Of a stretch of DNA of 64,000 nucleotides, positions 13,326 to 23,741 are shown one piece after another (positions within the stretch are counted from its first letter, which is position 1; each line of letters begins with the position of its first letter). A model generated the notes under the pieces. That model saw nothing but the letters and a program-made list of their open reading frames with translations, had not been told where the DNA came from and ran no database searches. This DNA is from Azolla caroliniana (Eukaryota > Plantae > Polypodiophyta). A program made the position numbers and the translations under genes. The DNA lies in NCBI GenBank assembly GCA_043228905.1, contig JBHGNT010000017.1, positions 5,270,001 through 5,334,000 of the forward strand, read 5' to 3'.

Positions 13326-13784
13326 TGTCATAGACAGGATGCCACATGGAAGGATGGGGCTTGAACCCATGACCTTTTAGTCTTATTTGGAAACCTTACC
13401 AGTTAAGCTACATCCATCTATGCATTATTATATTGTATAAGATTCACTTATTTCATTATGATTGATCACTGGAACTTTCAAGAACCTTCTAGAGAATGCA
13501 CTCTCTAGAAGTCTTCTAGCTTTCATGCATACCTCCACATTCTTGTATAGATATTGGGGTGCACCTTGATTACAGTCACGGTGAACAACACCAGTTATGA
13601 AAGCATAATTCAGTTCTTGTTTATTTGTCTATTTTCTCTCTCTCTTGCTTGTTCTCTTGTCTATGCTCTCTCTCCCGTTATCTCCTAATATTGAGCCTCG
13701 TCTACTTGTCCGTGACAAACTTGTGATCTTGCTTATGCTCTCACTCTCTCTTAGTACTTAGCCTCATTCCACCCTTTCGTGACA
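13326..13784 (+). repeat. 5' LTR of chromovirus A2 (459 bp)
   Basis: TGTCA..TGACA; distal part matches 2241-2486 and 16736-16947. Confidence 0.93.
13347..13417 (-). promoter_or_regulatory. tRNA-like Pol III A-box/B-box module in U3 of family A LTR
   Basis: Minus strand GGATG-TAGCTTAACTGGTAAGGT...AGGTC-ATGGG-TTCAAGC-CCCAT-CCTTCCA: D arm, AGGTC variable loop and perfect T stem; anticodon arm not paired. Confidence 0.65.
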
Positions 13785-13817
13785 ATTTGTTCATCTTGCC
13801 ATTTTCTAAGCCTCAGC

Positions 13818-16732
13818 ATGTTGGATCTTACCGAGAGAATAAATCAGCTCATGGACGCCATGCATCAACTTCAACTTGAGAATGACAACCTTCGAGAATC
13901 GATATAGAAGCTTCATGTTGGAACACTGATGGAACTCGAAGAAAAACACAACTCTCCTCCTACATCAACAAATGTTCTACCTATAGAGCCCAGTTCCTCG
14001 TCTAGGCATTCTCCAACTCCTCCCAATCCCACTACAAGTATGGAGCCCAAGATTAGTTTACCTGACAAGTTTGATGGCACAAGGAAGCACTTCCAAGGGT
14101 TCATAAATCAGATCAAGCTTATTATCCAACTACAGTCTCAACGGTATGCAGATGATTTTCATCAAGTTGGTCTCATCGAGACCCTTTTGTCAGGAGCTGC
14201 ACAAGCCTAGTTTGCACCGTTGGTCGAAACTTCATCACCACTTCTACGATATTTTCTTGCCTTTCTGGCAGACTTTGAGGCAACATTTGGGAATACGAAC
14301 CGACGTCGAACTGCCATTACCAAACTCTATTCATTACATGAAGGTATGCATCCAGTATCCGTTTATGCCTCTGAATTTAGACAATTAGCATATGATGTTC
14401 AATGGGATGGCCAAGCGCTCTATGACCATTTTTGTCAGGCCTTCGAAGCGAGATTAAAAATTTACTAGTCAACTTTCTGGAGCCTACATCATTGTCGCAA
14501 GCCATCACGCAAGCAGTTAGTTGTGACAATCGGTTGTTTGAGCTTCGTCAAGAGGAACGAGCAACTTCAAGGTGGCAACCCTCTTCGAGATCTTCTCCAT
14601 CGTCATCATACGATGACCCTGTGCCAATGGAAATTGATCGAGCTCACGCCCTACCACTCACCAAGGCCGAACGGAGGTATCGCCAAACCAACAGACTATG
14701 TTTATATTATGGAGCATCCACACATCTAATTTGTTTTTTCCCAATCAAGAATAATCAACAAAAAATCTACAAACAATACAACAAGAGGGCCCCAACAACT
14801 GGAAAACGACAGTGTCCAACTACAGTAGGAGCCATGTGGTTGGACAATCTGCATTCGTGTCGCTCACATAGTTCAGCTACATCAACAGAAGATTTCTCCT
14901 TTCCAGTAAGCATCCATTTCAAGTCAATTTCAATTAGGTCCTTAGCACTTCTCGATTCCGGGGCAACGACGTGTTTTATGGACGAAAGGTTCATTCGTAA
15001 ACACAAATTTCTGGTTGTCTGATTGTCCAAGCCAATCCCAGTGGAAGCTATTGATGGACGCATGCTTTCTTCGGGTGTAGTCATCGAAGCCACTGTCCCA
15101 CTTATCTTACATCTTGGGGACCACCAGGAGGCCTTAACATTTTATGTTATCACTTCACCGCGACATCCGGTCATGCTCGGTTTGTCTAGCCGGAAGGCAC
15201 AGAATCCACTTGTTGATTGGCACAATCACTCAATTACTTTCTCCCAAACCAGCTCGGAGGTGCAATCAATATCTCATGTTATTGCAAGCGCTCACCCTCC
15301 CATTAATGCAACAATCAGCTCCAAGGCAGATGCTCACATCCCAGTCACAACAAGGAAAATAGTGCATAGTGCCTCTGATTCGAGCAATCCAATGAGGAAA
15401 ACTATTGACTCACTACCGTCCAAGTATGAAGACTTCAGGGACGTGTTTGAGAAAAAGAATGCTAATCACTTGCCGGAGCATTGACGCTACGACTATCTGA
15501 TTTATCAGCAAGAAGGTGCCAGTCCTCCCTTTGGCCCAACTTATGGGTTGTCAGAACTAGAACTCCAGGCACTCCGAACTTATCTTGACAAGAACCTTGA
15601 AAAGGGTTTTATTCAACCCTCAAAATTACCAGCAGGAGCTCCTATTTTGTTCGTGAAAAAGAAAGATGGCTCCTTACACCTCTGCGTCGGCTATCGGGGT
15701 CTAAACAAGATTACTGTTTGCAACCGTTACCCACTGTCTCTCATCCCAGAGTTGTTGGATCGACTCCGAAGTGGGAGGATCTTCTCTAAGATTGACCTAT
15801 GGGGAGCATACAATCTGGTACGGATCAAACCTAGAGAAGAATGGAAAACTGCCTTTAGAATGCGCTACGGTCATTTCGAGTATAAGGTAATGCCTTTCGG
15901 CCTCACTAATGCTCCTACAATAATTCAGCATATGATGAATGACTTCTTCCGAGAATATCTAGATCACTTTGTTGTGATCTATCTAGATGATATCTTATTC
16001 TTCTCTTCGAACATCAAGGAGCATACTCGACATGTCAGGTTAGTCCTTGCCAAACTTCGAAAGCATGGACTCTATGCTAAATGTGAAAATTGTGAATTTG
16101 ATTGTACTTCTGTAGAGTTTCTTGGGTATGTCATTTCGACACAGGGAATCACAATGGACATACGGAAAGTCAAGACTATCCAAGATTGGGTTGTCCCAAC
16201 ACGGGTACGAGATGTGGAATCATTCCTTGGTTTTGCCAATTTTTATCGTTGCTTCATCAAAGGATTCTCAGTGATCGCACAACCTCTCATTGCTCTTACC
16301 TGCAAGGATGCTACTTTCGAATGGACAACAGTTGCACAAAAAGCATTCGACTTGCTAAAACAAGCCTTTACTATGGCACCAGTCCTCTTACATCCTAACC
16401 CCATTAAGCCTTTTCGAGTCAAAACAGATGCTTCCGATTTCGCCATTGGGGCGATCGTCTCCCAGCCAGATGAGGTCGGTGTGCTTCACCCGGTGGCTTA
16501 CTACTCCCTCAAATTCACGTCCCCAAAAATCAACTACCCCATATACGACAAGGAGCTTCTCGCTATTATTGCTTCTTTTGAAGAATGGAGACCCTATTTA
16601 GACGGGGTGCAACACCATATCCAAGTGATTACCGATCACAAAAATCTAATATACTTTTCTACCACACAAACCTTAAATCGTAGACAAGCACGATGGTCAA
16701 CCTTCTTAGCAGACTATGATTTTGAGATAATA
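13818..16732 (+). pseudogene. gag-pol: Decayed gag-PR-RT-RNaseH of chromovirus A2
   Basis: ORFs 13929..14210, 14220..14468, 14432..15022, 15023..15484 and 15548..16747 with retrotransposon motifs. Confidence 0.92.
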
Positions 16733-17716
16733 TATCAATCAAGGTGAATAACACTAGTTATGAAAGCATAATTCAATTCTTGTTTATTTGTCTATTTTCT
16801 CTCTCTCTTGCTTGTTCTCTTGTCTATGCTCTCTCTCCCATTATCTCTTAATATTGAGCCACGTCTACTTGTCCGTGACAATCTTGTGATCTTGCTTATG
16901 CTCTCACTCTCTCTTAGTACTTAGCCTCATTCCACCATTTCGTGACAGCAACCACGGTACAAATGGTTGCAACCACGGTATGAATGCGTGAAGTAGGTGC
17001 AAAAGTTTCCTCATAATCAATGCCATATTGTTGTGCATATCCTTTGGCAACCAATCTAGCTTTGTAGCGATCAATGCTACCATCGGACTTTCATTTAATC
17101 TTGTAAACCCACTTTGTACCAATGACATTCTTTCCTTTTGACAATTCACATAACTCCCAAGTACCATTATCATGTATGGAATCCATTTCTGATTGCATAG
17201 CACTCATCCAATGTGGATCATCACATGCATCTTCAAAAGTAAGTGTCTCCTCATTAGATGTTATTGCAACAATAGAATAATCCACAAAATTACTTGATGC
17301 ATGGCGAGAGCTTGATCTTGTGCTACAAAGTAAAGGTGCACTCAATTTGCTATCTTGCAAAGTTTGTTTCAGCCACTTTTGCATAGTTTGTGCACTCTTG
17401 ATAGACATACGCTCATTATGTAATACATCTTCAATATGTACATCATGAGTGGGATGAATTTCATGCTCATTTTCAGCCACATTTTGTTGCAAATGTTCAG
17501 CCATGTTTGGTTGGACATTTCGTGCATTTTCAGCACTTCTTTGCTACAAATTTTCAGCCCTTTAAAACTCACTTGGCTAGTCTAAATGTTCATAATCAAG
17601 CGCACCACTTTGGAACAAAGGCATGAGTGTATCAAACACTTCTTGTGAGCTAATTGTTGGTTGCTTTTTGCATTCAAGAAAAGGGAAAGCTGAATTTTCA
17701 GCAAATACCACATCTC

Positions 17717-18328
17717 TGTTGGGAATCGACGCTTCGATTCACCTTCACCACTCGGCCACAACCAAGTAATCGCGAATCAATGTAGCAGAAAATAGGAACC
17801 ACAGAGAGAAACACACGAATACACAGGGATTAACGTGGAAAACCCTAGATGGGAAAAACCACGGGAGTACAAGACTCCAAACCAACACTATACAAAGAGG
17901 AGTATACAATGGCGAGCTACAAGGCGACGACCTTGAGCTCGCTGTCCTCGCCACAGGCGGCGGAAATACACAGAGGCGTCGTCCTCTTCCTCTCTCACGC
18001 TCTATCTCTCTCTCTCTCTCTCACGGCTGCTCCCTCTTCACTCCTCTTGAGTGGAAAAACAGAAAAATGATCAGCAACACTAAAACAGTTTGCCCTAAGT
18101 CATATTTATACATATATGACTTTGGGGCTATTTACAACTATAGCCTCAGGGGCCCATAGCAAACATATTCACGGATATGTCCCTGCATCCAGATCGCTCT
18201 CCGGGTACATTCGTCATCCGGCTCCGAAGCCGGGGTCTTCATCATCCGGTTCCGAAACCGAAACCGGGCTCGTCGGCATTCATCTCCGACATCCGACCAT
18301 CCCATTCGAAGGGACCGTAATCCCAACA
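17717..18328 (-). repeat. 3' LTR of Copia E (612 bp)
   Basis: TGTTGGG..CCCAACA; about 4 substitutions and one short replaced segment versus the 5' LTR. Confidence 0.96.
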
Positions 18329-18338
18329 AACTCCCCCT

Positions 18339-21300
18339 TCACTTCGGCATGGGATGTCTTTCCAATCCGATCCTCTTCCGGCATGCTTCCAGCTTGTCGG
18401 GTGTGAGCACCTTGGTCAGCATATCCGACCCGTTCTCGTCCGTGTGGATCTTTGTCAGCACGAACTCCTTGTCTTCTATCCTTTCCCGGATCCAGTGATA
18501 TCTTCGCTGGATGTGCTTCGTCCGGGAGTGATAGGCCGCGTTCTTCGCAAGGTGGATTGCACTCTGACTGTCGCAGTAGAGTCGGTACTCCTCCTGCCGG
18601 ATACCGAGCTCTCTAATGAAGTCCTTCATCCATATTATTTCCTTGCCGGCTTCAACAGCTGCCATATACTCCGCCTCCGTGGTTGACAACGCAACCGTCT
18701 TCTGCAGCCTCGACTGCCACGAAACGGCTCCCCCTGCATACGTCATCACATACCCTGATGTGGACCGGTTGGTATCTGCATCAGCCGACATATCCGAATC
18801 GGTGAAGCCGTCGAGTTCGGGCTTACCGGAGCCGAATCGGAGGCACACGTTTGTCGTGCCTTTCAGGTATCGGAGTATCCACTTGGCCGCATTCCAATGC
18901 TCTTTGCCGGGATTGCTCATGTACCGGCTCACCACTCCGACTGCATATCCTATGTCCGGTCTCGTACACACCATGGCGTACATCAAGCTCCCGACGGCTG
19001 AGGCATACGGCACTTTCATCATTTCCTCCTTTTCAGCCTTTGTCTTGGGACTTTGCTTGCTGGACAGCTTGCAGTTTGCCGGGAGGGTCGATCCGACCGG
19101 TCTTGCTTCCGACATGTTGAACCGGTGAAGCACCTTCGTCACGTACTTCTCCTGTGACAGCCACAACTGCTTCTTCTTCCGGTCCCGGATGATGTGCATC
19201 CCTAGTATTTGCCTCGCCGGACCCAGGTCCTTCATTGAGAAGGTTCGGTGAAGAGCCTTCTTCAGCATCCGTATCTTGACCTGGTCCCGTCCGACGATCA
19301 GCATGTCGTCCACGTACAGGAGGAGTATTAGAAAGTCTCCTCCTTCGAACTTCTTCACAAACACGCAGTGGTCGGACTGCGTTTTGAGGTACCCTTCGTC
19401 GGTCATGAAGGAGTCGAACTTCCGGTACCATTGCCGGGGAGCCTGCTTCAGTCCGTAAAGGCTCTTCTTCAGCCGGCATACCAGGTGCTCCTTCCCTTTC
19501 TTCTCGAATCCTTCCAGTTGCTGCATGTAGATCTCTTCATCGAGGTCACCGTGAAGGAATGCCGTCTTCACGTCCATCTGTTCTACCTCGAGGTCCATGC
19601 TTGCCGCTATGCTCAGCACCGTCCGGATGGAGGTCATCTTCACTACCGGGGCAAATATCTCGTCGAAGTCGACACCCTTCTTCTGCTGAAACCCCTTCAC
19701 CACGATCCTGGCTTTGTATCTCGGGGGGTTTCCGGCATCTCCCGGTTTCAGCTTAAACACCCACTTGTTTCGAAGTGCCCGCTTTCCTTTCGGCAACTCC
19801 ACAAGTTCATATGTGTGGTTCTCATGCAGGGAATCCATCTCGTCCTGCATGGCACTCAACCACCTGCGGCTCTGGGTGTCATGTTTTGCTTCTTCAAAGC
19901 TCTCCGGCTCCCCCTCGTCGGTTAGCAGCACGTGCTCTGGTTCCGGAAATCTCCGGGGGGCCCTTCTCTCTCTTAGAGGATATCTTCGTTCCGGAGCTTC
20001 GGTAACCGGTTCTTCCGATTCTTCTTCATCCGAATCCATTTCGGGATCGGGGCCGGTTCCGGTATCATTTTCATCTTCTTCGGCCGGTTCTGTTTCTTCA
20101 CCGTCTTCGGCCGGATCCTCGAGTGCTAACCGGTCCCTTGCCGGTCGGGACTGCTCCTCGTAGAGTTGATCCTCACCGGTCGACTTGGAGCTCTTCATCT
20201 TCTTCTCCGATTCCCAGTCGGCGAGTGTCTTGTCCTCCATGAAGATGATGTCTCGACTCCTGAATATCTTCTTGTCGACCGGGTCCCATACTCGGTAGCC
20301 GAACTCGTCGTCGCCGTAACCGAGGAATATGCATGGCCGGGTCTTTGGATCTAGCTTTCCTCTCCGGTCCTTTGCCACATGCACGTATGCGAGACACCCG
20401 AACACCTTCAGATGCCGGTAGGACACTTCCTTACCGGTCCACACTTTCTGCGGCGTGTCTCCGTCCAAAGGTACTGAGGGTGATCTGTTTATCACATATG
20501 TCGCCGTCGACATTGCCTCAGCCCAAAACCCCTTGGGTAATTTCGCATGCGCCAGCATACTCCGGACCCGCTCCATTATGGTCCGGTTCATCCTCTCGGC
20601 CAGCCCGTTTAGTTCCGGCGTCTTCGGCACAGTAAACTCGAGCCGGATTCCCTTCGAGCGACAATACTCCTGGAACTGCCCCCGGTATTCCCCTCCGTTA
20701 TCCGCTCGTATCGCTTTCAGCTTCTTGCCGGATTCCCTTTCCACTCTCGCGTGGAGTTCTTTGAAGACGCACAACACTTGGTCCTTCATCTTCAGCGGTG
20801 CCGTCCACAGCTTCCGGCTGTGATCATCAATGAATGTTACGAAGTACTGGGCTCCGCCATGTGACTTCGTTTCTACCTGACACACATCAGTGTGCACCAA
20901 CTCCAATGGTGCGCTACGTCTCGTCGGTGGCCTTGAGTGGAAGGAGGTTCGGTTCTGCTTACCGGCCAGGCAATCGGTGCACTTCTCCAGGTGCACATGC
21001 TTCACTGGAATAAGGTTGTCTTCTGCAAGCCTCTTCATCCCCTTCTCACTCATGTGACACAGTCTTTTGTGCCACAGCTCACCGGCAGTGTCGGCTGCCA
21101 CATTCAGCTCTTCAGGACATAACCGGGCATTCATCAGGTACAGTGTGTTGTCTTTCCGGGCCCGAGCCACTATCAGGCTCCCCTTGCTGAACTTCATTAC
21201 GCCGTTCCGGATGCTACCTGTGTAGCCTTCATCGTCTAGCCTCCCGGCCGAAATCAGGTTCAATCGAACCTCCGGAACGTGTCGGACATCCTTCAGCAGC

Positions 21301-22412
21301 ATTTTGCATCCGGTCGGGGTTGTCAACCACACGTCTCCTATGCCGGCAATCCGGCACGTACCTTCATTTCCCATCCGAACACAGCCATGCTCACCGGCTG
21401 TGTAGGATGAGAAGTATCTTCTCTCCGGTGTCAGGTGGAACGATGCTCCGGAATCGACCACCCAGGTCGTCTCATCGCCGGCAATGTTTAGTTCACCTTC
21501 TTCGGTGATGAGCATGATTTCTTCCTCACTTGCCGCGAGTGCCATTGTTCCTTTCCGGTCCTGCCCTCGCCGATCCGAACCTCTCCGGTCCGTGGCTCCC
21601 CGGTATGCACCGTTTCTCTCCGGTGACTTCTTCGAGTCGGTGTCGTCGGCTCCGTTGTCTTTTCGGTAATGCCGACAATTCTTTCGGAAGTGCCCCGGCT
21701 TCCCACAGTGGAAGCATGTGGGCCTTCCTCTTGACTGCGACCGGGTCCCCGACTTCTCCCGTCTTTGCGGACTCCGGTTCCATTGTCTTCCCCGATCCGA
21801 TTCGGTAAGCAGCGCCTTCGAGTCGGAGGCCGGTTCTTTATCTCTCCGACGCGCTTCTTCGTTCAAAATACTTGTCTTTACCGTTTGTAAGGACAAGTTA
21901 TCTTCGGTGCAGGAGGTGCTGAGAGTCACCACCAAGTTCTCCCAGCTTTCTGGCAATGTACACATCAGGATGATGGCTTGCATTGCATCCTCCAACGGGA
22001 ACTTGATCGCCGCAAGCTGATTCACGAATCCCATGAACGTGCTTACGTGTTCCACCATACTGTCGCCGTCCCGGTACTTGAGATTCACTATCTTCCTCAT
22101 CAGGGAGGTCCGGTTCAACGCATTCTTCCTCTCATAGAGGCCCGACAGCTTCCGCCACATCTCATATGCGTTGGTGTCGTTCGCCACATGTTGTAGAACG
22201 CTCACGTCGACGTATTGCCGAATGGTTGCAACGGCTTTCCGGTTCAGAAGCCTCCATTCCGACTCAAGTACCCCCTTCGGTATTTCCGACCTGTCAATCG
22301 GTTCGTACAGGTCCCGAACAATCAGAAGATCCTCCATCTTGATCTTCCAGTCGGCGTAATTCTGCGCATTCAGCACCATCATCCCCGGCTGCCCGCTGCC
22401 GCCGCCTTCCAT
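18339..22412 (-). CDS. gag-pol: Copia Gag-Pol polyprotein (about 1357 aa from the likely ATG at 22412)
   Basis: CCHC knuckle CFHCGKPGHFRKNC, PR WVVDSGAS, WHKRLCH..CTDC, integrase VHTD..ADNGGEY..NGLAER, RT YVDD, RNase H DSD..EAEY..CDSQSA. Confidence 0.97.
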   Translation of the reverse strand: MEGGGSGQPGMMVLNAQNYADWKIKMEDLLIVRDLYEPIDRSEIPKGVLESEWRLLNRKAVATIRQYVDVSVLQHVANDTNAYEMWRKLSGLYERKNALNRTSLMRKIVNLKYRDGDSMVEHVSTFMGFVNQLAAIKFPLEDAMQAIILMCTLPESWENLVVTLSTSCTEDNLSLQTVKTSILNEEARRRDKEPASDSKALLTESDRGRQWNRSPQRREKSGTRSQSRGRPTCFHCGKPGHFRKNCRHYRKDNGADDTDSKKSPERNGAYRGATDRRGSDRRGQDRKGTMALAASEEEIMLITEEGELNIAGDETTWVVDSGASFHLTPERRYFSSYTAGEHGCVRMGNEGTCRIAGIGDVWLTTPTGCKMLLKDVRHVPEVRLNLISAGRLDDEGYTGSIRNGVMKFSKGSLIVARARKDNTLYLMNARLCPEELNVAADTAGELWHKRLCHMSEKGMKRLAEDNLIPVKHVHLEKCTDCLAGKQNRTSFHSRPPTRRSAPLELVHTDVCQVETKSHGGAQYFVTFIDDHSRKLWTAPLKMKDQVLCVFKELHARVERESGKKLKAIRADNGGEYRGQFQEYCRSKGIRLEFTVPKTPELNGLAERMNRTIMERVRSMLAHAKLPKGFWAEAMSTATYVINRSPSVPLDGDTPQKVWTGKEVSYRHLKVFGCLAYVHVAKDRRGKLDPKTRPCIFLGYGDDEFGYRVWDPVDKKIFRSRDIIFMEDKTLADWESEKKMKSSKSTGEDQLYEEQSRPARDRLALEDPAEDGEETEPAEEDENDTGTGPDPEMDSDEEESEEPVTEAPERRYPLRERRAPRRFPEPEHVLLTDEGEPESFEEAKHDTQSRRWLSAMQDEMDSLHENHTYELVELPKGKRALRNKWVFKLKPGDAGNPPRYKARIVVKGFQQKKGVDFDEIFAPVVKMTSIRTVLSIAASMDLEVEQMDVKTAFLHGDLDEEIYMQQLEGFEKKGKEHLVCRLKKSLYGLKQAPRQWYRKFDSFMTDEGYLKTQSDHCVFVKKFEGGDFLILLLYVDDMLIVGRDQVKIRMLKKALHRTFSMKDLGPARQILGMHIIRDRKKKQLWLSQEKYVTKVLHRFNMSEARPVGSTLPANCKLSSKQSPKTKAEKEEMMKVPYASAVGSLMYAMVCTRPDIGYAVGVVSRYMSNPGKEHWNAAKWILRYLKGTTNVCLRFGSGKPELDGFTDSDMSADADTNRSTSGYVMTYAGGAVSWQSRLQKTVALSTTEAEYMAAVEAGKEIIWMKDFIRELGIRQEEYRLYCDSQSAIHLAKNAAYHSRTKHIQRRYHWIRERIEDKEFVLTKIHTDENGSDMLTKVLTPDKLEACRKRIGLERHPMPK

Positions 22413-22442
22413 TTTCTGCAGCAGCTCGCTCTGATACCAGTT

Positions 22443-23050
22443 TGTTGGGAATCGACGCTTCGATTCACCTTCACCACTCGGCCACAACCAAGTAATCGCG
22501 AATCAATGTAGCAGAAAATAGGAACCACAGAGAGAAACACACGAATACACAGGGATTAACGTGGAAAACCCTAGATGGGAAAAACCACGGGAGTACAAGA
22601 CTCCAAACCAACACTATACAAAGAGGAGTATACAATGGCGAGCTGCAAGGCGACGACCTTGAGCTCACTGTCCTCGCCACAGGCGGCGGAAATACACAGA
22701 GGCCTCGTCCTCTTCCTCTCTCACGCTCTATCTCTCTCTCTCTCTCTCACGGCTGCAAGGCGACGACCTTGAGTGGAAAAACAGAAAAATGATCAGCAAC
22801 ACTAAAACAGTTTGCCCTAAGTCATATTTATACATATATGACTTTGGGGCTATTTACAACTATAGCCTCAGGGGCCCATAGCAAACATATTCACGGATAT
22901 GTCCCTGCATCCGGATCGCTCTCCGGGTACATTCGTCATCCGGCTCCGAAGCCGGGGTCTTCATCATCCGGTTCCGAAACCGAAACCGGGCTCGTCGGCA
23001 TTCATCTCCGACATCCGACCATCCCATTCGAAGGGACCGTAATCCCAACA
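22443..23050 (-). repeat. 5' LTR of Copia E (608 bp)
   Basis: Direct repeat of 17717-18328, adjacent to PBS. Confidence 0.96.
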
Positions 23051-23741
23051 ATCTCGACTCACAATAATTGTGTCTGTCAATGGATGGTACAAACGATATC
23101 CCTTACTTTCAGCACCATAACCAACAAATATACATTTCTTTGCATTGTCATCAAGTTTGTGACGTTATTGTGATGGCACAAGAGCATATGCCAAACAACC
23201 AAACACATGCATGTGACTAACCATAGGTTTATGTCCATTCCAAACCTCAAATGGAGTAATGACTCTCAAAGCTTTTGTAGGGCAATGATTCAACGCATAA
23301 TTTGCACACATAACCGCTTCCATCCAAAACTTGTTAGGAAGATGCTTTCCTTTAACCATACATTGTGCCATCTCTAAGAGTGTTCTATTTTTGCGCTCCA
23401 CAACACCATTTTGTTGAGGTTTATATGGCGTTGTACATTGATGTGAAATACCTCTTTCACAAAGAAAAGCATTAAACTCATGTGACATGTATTCGCCGCC
23501 ACGATCCTTGCATAGAGTCAAGAGCTTATTTCTGGGGGAAATTTCAGCCATAGCTAAAAATGATTTGAAGCAAGAAAATACCTCATTCTTTGCTTTCATA
23601 GGATACACCAATGTATGGCGAGTAGCATCATCAATGAAGGTAACAAAATATACATGTTTTTTAAAAGATGGAGTCTTTACGGGACCACACACATCACTAT
23701 GAACAAGTTGTAATTTTCTTGTAATGTGTGTATGACTATCT

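Larger units (their letters stand above)
13326..16947 (+). mobile_element. Chromovirus family A copy 2; integrase, PPT and 3' U3 deleted; inserted in RT of D
   Basis: TSD GCAAC (13321-13325, 16948-16952); 5' LTR 13326-13784; 3' LTR remnant about 16736-16947; gag (LPDKFDG, PMEID), PR (LLDSGA), RT (YLDD), RNase H. Confidence 0.95.
17717..23050 (-). mobile_element. Full-length intact Ty1/Copia element E (Tnt1/Tto1-like)
   Basis: TSD ATCTC; LTRs 17717-18328 and 22443-23050 near-identical; PBS TGGTATCAGAGC (22428-22439); PPT AGGGGGAG (18331-18338); uninterrupted polyprotein. Confidence 0.97.

Noticed and set aside
13347-13417. Functional tRNA gene
   Set aside because: The anticodon arm and acceptor stem do not pair properly and it lies inside an LTR; kept only as a tRNA-like module (same for 6463-6530 and 48696-48763)
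22413-22487. 25-aa N-terminal extension of the 1382-aa ORF
   Set aside because: It starts at a non-ATG codon inside the LTR and spans the PBS; the ATG at 22412 is the plausible start
18354-22511. Many plus-strand ORFs overlapping Copia E (likewise antisense ORFs in F and H)
   Set aside because: Shadow ORFs of GC-rich coding sequence with no recognisable domains
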